A stretch of 64,000 nt of DNA from an uncultured bacterium (GTDB lineage: Bacteria; Fermentibacterota; Fermentibacteria; Fermentibacterales; JCC-6): assembly GCA_964624405.1 (NCBI GenBank), contig CAZUXA010000013.1, forward strand, positions 3,829 to 67,828. Direction: 5' to 3'. This document shows positions 57,559 through 64,000 of this stretch, in pieces. The position numbers and the translations under genes were made by a program. The notes beneath the pieces were generated by a model. That model was given only the letters and a program-made list of their open reading frames with translations, was not told the DNA's origin and searched no databases. The number at the start of each line of letters is the position of its first letter. Position 1 is the first letter of the stretch.

Positions 57559-58160
57559 CTTGACTGCCCCCCTTCCTGGAAAAGCCCCGCGGCGGCCATG
57601 GCTTCCATACCCCGGCGCACCGAGAGGGTAACGGCCCGGGATGTTATGGTGCTGCCGGTTATGGCATCGATGTCTCCGCCGTCAGCGGTCAGAAACAGGC
57701 TCTGAGTGTTTCTTCCGGTGAACCGGACCAGAAATCTGTCAGGGTCCGATACATTCGCCCCGAGACCGGGAGTTTCCTGCTGATAGAGGATTTCGGAGGC
57801 GGTGATCTCACCGTTCAGCCCGCAGGCGACCATGGTCTGGATCGTGCTTGAGTAACCCCGGCCGTAGGCTATGAACACGTAACCTCTCTTGTGACCTTCG
57901 CTGAAAACCCCAACCACCGAAAGCACCGCGTCCGACTGGGCGTAGGGGTTTGCGAGGCCGGGCACTGAAAGGCTGTCGAAGGTAACCGGAACTCCAGCCC
58001 CGACTATGCTGACCGCCACGCTTTCCATGGCTTCCAGTTTTGCCTTCTCCTTCTGCTGGGCGATCAGGGGTTCGGTCAGGCTGTTCACAAACCCCAGAGA
58101 GCCCGCGGCTATCACAGCCACCAGCATCAGCACGATACCGAGTTTCAACACATCAGCCAT
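57555..58160 (-). CDS. rnfG: Rnf complex subunit G (FMN-binding)
   Basis: N-terminal TM, FMN_bind domain (TGATITSRAV). Position between rnfD and rnfE. Confidence 0.8.
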   Translation of the reverse strand: MADVLKLGIVLMLVAVIAAGSLGFVNSLTEPLIAQQKEKAKLEAMESVAVSIVGAGVPVTFDSLSVPGLANPYAQSDAVLSVVGVFSEGHKRGYVFIAYGRGYSSTIQTMVACGLNGEITASEILYQQETPGLGANVSDPDRFLVRFTGRNTQSLFLTADGGDIDAITGSTITSRAVTLSVRRGMEAMAAAGLFQEGGQSR

Positions 58161-59277
58161 TCTTCTTCACCTCCCCGAAAGCCCGGGGCTTGGTGTACCT
58201 GTCAATGAGGGGCGTGGCCAGGTTCATCAGAAGGATCGAGTAACTGCAACCCTCGGGGTACCCGCCCCACCTGCGGATGATCATGGTAAGAAGCCCCGCG
58301 CCCACTCCGAATATCAGCCGACCTCTTCTGGTCACCGGGGTGGTCACCATGTCCGTGACCATGAAGAACCCGCCCAATACCACTCCGCCGGACAGCAGGT
58401 GAAGCAGAGGGTCTCCGTTGAGAAAACCCGGGCCCCCGAAAACCCAGCCGAAAATCGCCACGGCTCCCAGGTAACTCAGGGGAAGCCTGGGCTCCAGCAC
58501 ACGCCGGGCGAAAAGATAGATTGCTCCAATCAGAAGCATCAGGGCGCTGGTCTCGCCGATGCAGCCCCCGACCCTTCCCAGCAGAAGGCTCATGCGGGTT
58601 TCCGATGAGGCCAGAAGCTCCCGGGTCGAGGAGGCTCTGTCCCGCAGGGCAGAGGCGTCGGCGGTTTCTCCCGAGGCTTCCGCCTCGGCGGCGCCGGTTT
58701 CCCATGTAAAGGTTTGCTTCAGAAGATTGAGGGGCGTGGCTCCGGAAACCACATCAGCACCCTCAAGTGTTTCCGTTCGAATCCCCGATTGATCCCAGGA
58801 GTTGTCCCCTCCAGGGCCGCTTCGAAGGGGCGCCCACCAGCCCGCGGTCATGAGCACGGGAAAACTTGCCACCAGAAACGCGCGACCCAGAAGGGCCGGG
58901 TTGACGATGTTGCTGCCCAGGCCTCCGAAGGCCTGTTTCGCAACGGCGATGGCAAAGGCGCTTCCAAGGATGGGAATCCACCATGGAACTCCCGGGGGCA
59001 CGTTGTAGGCAAGCAGGATTCCGGTCACCACCGCGCTGCCGTCGAGAACAATGCTCACCGGCTTCTTCATGAACCTCAGGCACAGCCACTCTGTCAAAAC
59101 CGCGGCTGAAACGCTAAGGCCGGTAAGAAGCAGGGCTCTTGGTCCGAAGAAGAACACCGCGGCGGCCAGGGCGGGCAACAGAGCCACCGCCACATCGATC
59201 ATCACCCTCCGGGTGGTGTCCGGCGAGGCTGCGTGGGGTGACATGGCCAGCTCGAATCGTCTTGTTTCCGGCATCAT
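58153..59277 (-). CDS. rnfD: Rnf complex subunit D
   Basis: NqrB/RnfD polytopic membrane protein (MSPHAASPDTTRRVMIDVAVALLP, C-terminal TGATP flavin site). Start at ATG 59277 (ATGA overlap with the rnfC stop). The ORF-track 76-aa extension was rejected. Confidence 0.85.
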   Translation of the reverse strand: MMPETRRFELAMSPHAASPDTTRRVMIDVAVALLPALAAAVFFFGPRALLLTGLSVSAAVLTEWLCLRFMKKPVSIVLDGSAVVTGILLAYNVPPGVPWWIPILGSAFAIAVAKQAFGGLGSNIVNPALLGRAFLVASFPVLMTAGWWAPLRSGPGGDNSWDQSGIRTETLEGADVVSGATPLNLLKQTFTWETGAAEAEASGETADASALRDRASSTRELLASSETRMSLLLGRVGGCIGETSALMLLIGAIYLFARRVLEPRLPLSYLGAVAIFGWVFGGPGFLNGDPLLHLLSGGVVLGGFFMVTDMVTTPVTRRGRLIFGVGAGLLTMIIRRWGGYPEGCSYSILLMNLATPLIDRYTKPRAFGEVKKNG

Positions 59278-60587
59278 GCCCCCTTTCCGGTGCCGATGGC
59301 CCGTATCTCGTTCTGGGCACGCTTTATGTAATGCACCAGGTACCTGCCGGCGGGGCATACATAGCTGCAGGTTCCACATGCCATGCAGTTCAGAGCGCCA
59401 AACTCCTCTGCGGTTTTCCAGTCTTCGTATTCCGACGCCTTGGCGATGATGCTGGGACAAAGGTTGAGAGGGCAGACATCCACGCATTTTCCGCACCGAA
59501 TGCACGGCCCTTCAGAGGCTTCCCGCACCTCACGGGAAGACAGCGCCAGAACACCGCTGGTACCCTTGGTCACCGGAACCTGGTCGGTATGGACCGCCAT
59601 GCCCATCATCGGACCTCCGGAGACAAGCCTCGCGACATCGGTTCCATACCCCCCGGCGGCATTCACAAGCACCGCGAAAGGGGTTCCCACGGAGCACAGG
59701 AAGTTGCCGGGGCTCACCACGCCTCCGCCGGTGACGGTGGTCACCCGGGAGACCGAAGGCAACCCCTCCCTTACCGCCTGGGCTACCGCCACGCAGGTTC
59801 CAACGTTCTGAACCACCACGCCTATGTCCAGCGGCAGGCCGCCCGGCGGAACCCTGCGTCCGCAAACCGCGTCGATCAGTTGCTTCTCCGCGCCCTGGGG
59901 GTAGGAAACCGCCAGGGGAACAACTTTCGCGCCCAAACCGCCCAGATGTGAGATGGCGTCGGGTTTGTTCACTTCGATGCCGATGCAGGGGTTCTTCACC
60001 CCGAGAATCATGGCGATGATATTCATGCCGGCAATGATGTCCGCAGCGGATTCAAGCATGAGCCTGTGGTCCGCGGTAAGGTATGGTTCGCACTCCACGC
60101 CGTTGACTATCAGGGTATCGATGGTCTTTCCCTTTGGGGGGGAAAGCTTTACAAAGGTTGGAAAGCACGCGCCCCCCATACCGCACACCCCGGCGTCACG
60201 GATTCGTTCCACAAGCTGGGCCGGCGTCCGGTTGTCCCAGTCGGGCCAGGGTTCATAAACGGGGTTTTCATCCCGGTCTTCCACCGCGATCACCACCCCG
60301 GGGCCCGTCCTCCGGTGAGGCATGGGAGCCTCGCCCACACTCAACACCCTTCCGCCGGCGGGGGAATGGGTGGAAAGGCTGATGAAGCCGTTCCTATCCC
60401 CGATAACCTGGCCGAAGGCCACCGTGTCTCCGGGTTTCACCACGGGAGTCGAGGGAGTTCCCAGATGCTGGCACAGGGAGACGGTGACGGTTTCAGGGAT
60501 GGGAATTCTCACCACCGATCTGGAACTGCTGAGTTCCTTGTTGCCCGGTGGATGGGTTCCACCGGAAAAAGTTCTTGCCCTGCTCAT
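59274..60587 (-). CDS. rnfC: Rnf complex subunit C
   Basis: RnfC N-terminal barrel (FSGGTHPP), NADH/FMN-binding region, two ferredoxin motifs (CIRCGKCVDVCP; CMACGTCSYVCP). Start at ATG 60587 with GGAGGA RBS. Confidence 0.85.
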   Translation of the reverse strand: MSRARTFSGGTHPPGNKELSSSRSVVRIPIPETVTVSLCQHLGTPSTPVVKPGDTVAFGQVIGDRNGFISLSTHSPAGGRVLSVGEAPMPHRRTGPGVVIAVEDRDENPVYEPWPDWDNRTPAQLVERIRDAGVCGMGGACFPTFVKLSPPKGKTIDTLIVNGVECEPYLTADHRLMLESAADIIAGMNIIAMILGVKNPCIGIEVNKPDAISHLGGLGAKVVPLAVSYPQGAEKQLIDAVCGRRVPPGGLPLDIGVVVQNVGTCVAVAQAVREGLPSVSRVTTVTGGGVVSPGNFLCSVGTPFAVLVNAAGGYGTDVARLVSGGPMMGMAVHTDQVPVTKGTSGVLALSSREVREASEGPCIRCGKCVDVCPLNLCPSIIAKASEYEDWKTAEEFGALNCMACGTCSYVCPAGRYLVHYIKRAQNEIRAIGTGKGA

Positions 60588-60763
60588 ATTCCTCCAGCGT
60601 TCGGCGTAATGAAACAAAGATAAGGGTGCGGGCACAAAATGCCCTTACCCATATGGGTGCGACACGCGGAAGCATAGAACGAAAACCGCTTGCGGGCAAC
60701 CTCCGGAAAACCCCGACAATCACCGGCGAACATTGAACGGCGCCGGTGGCTTTCCGCTGTCTC

Positions 60764-63700
60764 TCAGCGGGACAGCAGAGATGCGGACTCCTCCACCCTT
60801 TTCGTAAGGCCCATGGAGGCAAACCTTTCGATTGCACTGGCCAGAAAGGCGTGCCCGGAGTCCGCTCCCGTCTTTCGGCGAAGATGAAGACCGCCGAGAT
60901 GGTGTTCCGCTGCCGCCACATCCAGAAGGGCGCCGTGCTTCAAGTAAACGGAGAGGGCTTCTTCAAGGCACCGAACTCCCTCTTCCACATCTCCCGTTAT
61001 CCCGAGAATGTTTGCCCGCTCCACCTGCACCCCTGCTCTGAGCATCTCGCTGTCGCACTCTCCGGCCAGTGCCGAAGCCCTGTCGACAAGTGCCACAGCT
61101 TCTTCCGTGTCTCCGGAAAGCGCACGCTCTCTGGCCACCGCCCCGAGGAGAGATGCTGTGTTCGCGGGATCCTTCAGGCGTTCCACGGTGCTCAACGCCT
61201 CTGCAAGCTCCCGACGGGCCAGATCATGGTCGCCGGTGAGCAGGGCGGCTCTGCCCCGGAGGTTGCCCGCCTTCCACAGCTCTCTGTCCATGCCGGTCAT
61301 CGACGCCACCTCACGCAGCCTTCCCGAACTATGGAACAATCGACGGAAATCCCGGGCCTCCAGGGCTATGGAGCCGTCCGCGGAGAGCGCCAGCAGCAGG
61401 TCGTGGGTGGAACCAAGTTCCTCGGACATCCTCAGGTACTCCCGGCAGTGCAGCCGGGCTTCGGAAACATTGCCCACTCTCAGCATGGGCAGGGTTAACT
61501 GGCCGTGACAGTTGTTCACCATGAACTTGTCGCCGATTTCCCGGGCGATACCCAGATTCCGGGTCACACAGTCAATCGATTCCAGGAACCGCCCCTGGCG
61601 ATGGTAGATCAGACTGATGTTGCCCAGGGTGATCGCAGCCTCCCGGTACTTGCCCAGTTTCTCCGCGATCTCCAGGGCTTTGCGGTAGTAGATACCGGCG
61701 GATTCCATGTCATCTTTCACCCAGTAAACCGTTGCCAGGGTGTTCAGGGTCTTTCCCAGGGTGGGCAACCCCTCCGGGCCTGCTGTTTCACCGTATGCCA
61801 CCGCCTTCAAAGCGTATTCCATGGCCTCTTCCAAAGATCCCCGCACACACATGGCCCATGCCCTGAAGGATGCGTTCCGGGCGAATATCTCGGGATACTC
61901 CGCTTCGCTTCCTTCCACTGTCTTCTCGATGTCGCAGATGTAGTCCAATGCCCGGTCGATCTCACCCCGGACATAGAAAATCTCCGCCATGGCTTCCTTT
62001 GCGACACTCCGGGTTTCAACGGAGGCCGACATGGCCACTACATTCCGGTGGGCCTCCAGGGCCAGGTCATAGTCACCCAGGGTATCCCTGATCCGGGCGA
62101 TGCCCTCCCAGGCTTCCACGAGGCTGTTCGTGAAATCGGGCAGGTTCTCCGCCAGATCCGCCGCCGCGGTGAAATGCTGCAGGGCCTCTTCGTTCATGTA
62201 CCTCTCCGCCGCGATTCTTCCTGCCCTGAGACTGTGTATCACCGCGCTCGCGGGAACTTCACCCCTGCGGAAATGATGGGCGAGGATCGATGGCGGGGCA
62301 CCCCCCCTCTCCATAACCTCCCCAAGGCGGCGGTGAACCGACCGTCTGTCCCTTCTCAGCATTGAATCATAGGCCACATCCCTTACAAGAACGTGTGAAA
62401 AAACGAAATCCCCATCGTCACCGGACACGGGATGCACCAGCCTTGCCTTGATGCAATCCCGGGCATCGGATTCCACTGGCCTTTCCAGCACCTCGGCCAC
62501 CAAACGCAGGGAGAAATCCGAACCGGACACAGCGGCGGTTCGAAGAAAGTCTTTGGCTTCCGGCCTCAACTGGTCCATTCTGGCCATAATCATCGAAAAA
62601 ATGTTTTCAGGTATGGAATCCTCGGAGTAATCCCGGGAAGTGACCCAGACATTTTCCCTTCGTTCCAGCAGCCGGTTCTCCAACAGAAACAGGGTGATCT
62701 GAAGAAGGAAGAAGGGGTTCCCCTCCGACCTGGATCTCAGAATCTCTCCCGCCATGGGGTCGAGATCGCCACCTCCGAGAATACTGTGCACCAGACTCAT
62801 GCTCTCTTCGTCGGAGAGCCCGGAAAGCTCCATGGTTTCCAGGGCGAGTTCCTCTCCGGTAACCATGGGATGCCCCTCGGGTCTTCTGGACAGCAGCACC
62901 GGAGGACCGCCTATTGCCTGAACATCCCTCAGAAGCCGGGACAACTCAACGATTTCCTCGGCTGAGAGCAGATGCAGGTCTTCAATGACAAAAAGGGAAG
63001 GTTCCCTGAGGAGCGTCAGCATCGCCTTCAGGCAGTCCCGAAGGTTTTCCCGTCTCAGCTTGGGGGGCAGGGCGCCGTAGGCCTTTCCCGGATACGAGAG
63101 ACCGAACAGCATACCCCCGGGAAAACTCTCAAGCGCCGCCAGTTCGTCGCCGCCGGCTGATCTGAGGGTTTCCCTCAGCTTCGATCGTTTGACCCGGGCC
63201 GAATCCCCGGAGTTGATGCCACAGATACCCGCGACCAGCGAAGACAGATGCTCATCGGTTCTCCGTGGCTCATCGGGTCTGACCGAGACAATCCTGACCC
63301 CCCGGGCTGAAAGATTCGTGCACAGCTGGGAAAGCAGGCGGGTCTTTCCGACTCCGGCTTCGCCGGTGATTTCCATCACCACCCCCCTGACCGCCGCCCG
63401 TCCCGTTAGATGGTCGAGTTCCCGCGCCCTGCCCACGAATCCGCAGCGGTAGTGATGCAGGGGTTCGCCGGGGGAGGGAACAAAACGACTGAGGGCCCGC
63501 TTCTTGCCTTTGGCCCAGACAGAGGACAGGGGTTTGAACACAAAGAACTCCCGGGTTTCCCGACGAACTTCCCCGCTGACCACAACGGATCCCCGGGGGG
63601 CTGTATCGCAAAGCCTCGCGGCGGTATTCACCCCGTCACCAATCACGGTGAAGCTCCGCCGCCAGTGGTTTCCAACCAACCCGTAGTACGCGTAGCCGCA

Positions 63701-64000
63701 GCTTATCCCCGCGGACGGGTAAAGGCATTCCTGCCCTTCCAAAGCATCAAGCGCTTCAATCCCCGCAAGCACAGCGTTCCTGCCGTCCCTTCCTGAGGAT
63801 ACCGGGGCACCGAAAAGCAGAAACATTCTGCAGCCTCCGGTTACCATGCTGTCCACCAGATGCAGGGTTCCGCCGTACTTCTCCGCGATCTCCGAAAGAA
63901 TCCTGAACGACTTTCGAAGAGCATCAATCGGGGGGGAGGCGATATCGTAACCCGCCAGTTTGATAAACAGCGCGACCACGGACCTGTGCTCGGGAGAGTG
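60764..64000 (-). CDS. adenylate/guanylate cyclase catalytic domain plus AAA/NB-ARC-like ATPase plus TPR-repeat signalling protein (5'-partial; continues beyond the window)
   Basis: N-terminal class III cyclase half-domain (FTVIGDGVNTAARL), P-loop GEAGVGKTRL, long C-terminal TPR array. No C-terminal LuxR HTH. The ORF is open to the window edge. Confidence 0.7.
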   Translation of the reverse strand, partial: HSPEHRSVVALFIKLAGYDIASPPIDALRKSFRILSEIAEKYGGTLHLVDSMVTGGCRMFLLFGAPVSSGRDGRNAVLAGIEALDALEGQECLYPSAGISCGYAYYGLVGNHWRRSFTVIGDGVNTAARLCDTAPRGSVVVSGEVRRETREFFVFKPLSSVWAKGKKRALSRFVPSPGEPLHHYRCGFVGRARELDHLTGRAAVRGVVMEITGEAGVGKTRLLSQLCTNLSARGVRIVSVRPDEPRRTDEHLSSLVAGICGINSGDSARVKRSKLRETLRSAGGDELAALESFPGGMLFGLSYPGKAYGALPPKLRRENLRDCLKAMLTLLREPSLFVIEDLHLLSAEEIVELSRLLRDVQAIGGPPVLLSRRPEGHPMVTGEELALETMELSGLSDEESMSLVHSILGGGDLDPMAGEILRSRSEGNPFFLLQITLFLLENRLLERRENVWVTSRDYSEDSIPENIFSMIMARMDQLRPEAKDFLRTAAVSGSDFSLRLVAEVLERPVESDARDCIKARLVHPVSGDDGDFVFSHVLVRDVAYDSMLRRDRRSVHRRLGEVMERGGAPPSILAHHFRRGEVPASAVIHSLRAGRIAAERYMNEEALQHFTAAADLAENLPDFTNSLVEAWEGIARIRDTLGDYDLALEAHRNVVAMSASVETRSVAKEAMAEIFYVRGEIDRALDYICDIEKTVEGSEAEYPEIFARNASFRAWAMCVRGSLEEAMEYALKAVAYGETAGPEGLPTLGKTLNTLATVYWVKDDMESAGIYYRKALEIAEKLGKYREAAITLGNISLIYHRQGRFLESIDCVTRNLGIAREIGDKFMVNNCHGQLTLPMLRVGNVSEARLHCREYLRMSEELGSTHDLLLALSADGSIALEARDFRRLFHSSGRLREVASMTGMDRELWKAGNLRGRAALLTGDHDLARRELAEALSTVERLKDPANTASLLGAVARERALSGDTEEAVALVDRASALAGECDSEMLRAGVQVERANILGITGDVEEGVRCLEEALSVYLKHGALLDVAAAEHHLGGLHLRRKTGADSGHAFLASAIERFASMGLTKRVEESASLLSR

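Overview
High-GC (~63%) bacterial chromosomal segment, probably from an anaerobe (Rnf complex, flavodiiron protein, selA/selB, several B12-radical-SAM enzymes, ferredoxin:thioredoxin-reductase-like protein). The back half (31.5-60.6 kb, all minus strand) is conserved core. It holds a complete dcw division/cell-wall cluster, mraZ-rsmH-ftsL-ftsI-murE-murF-mraY-murD-ftsW-murG-murC-ftsQ-ftsA-ftsZ, with no murB or ddl, tightly packed with ATGA/GTGA/TGATG start-stop overlaps and preceded by a six-repeat MraZ operator array. Upstream and co-directional are an exopolysaccharide module (Wzc-like tyrosine autokinase, small SLBB export protein, two UDP-sugar dehydrogenases), selB-selA, and rnfCDGEAB. A large adenylate-cyclase/AAA-ATPase/TPR signalling protein runs off the window end. 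The first 30 kb looks more accessory. It contains TspO, a MATE-NHL-Mrp operon, an MFS transporter, a formyltransferase plus polysaccharide-deacetylase pair, three consecutive lipobox proteins with CsgG-like and LPP20-like domains, a long GAPDH paralog next to a 1376-aa PEP-utilising enzyme, a B12-rSAM/membrane-protein/methyltransferase cluster, a flavodiiron protein divergent from a glutaredoxin/FTR-like pair, a tmRNA (ssrA) gene with a decayed downstream island carrying a frameshifted Fic pseudogene, and rpmB. The most notable item is a signal-peptide ORF interrupted by one in-frame TGA inside a C-G-G-U motif, with a GU-tetraloop hairpin 16 nt downstream, in a genome that encodes SelA and SelB: a candidate secreted selenoprotein, or else a pseudogene. 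No CRISPR, rRNA or intact mobile element was found. Many long antisense ORFs in the six-frame track are GC-driven artefacts.
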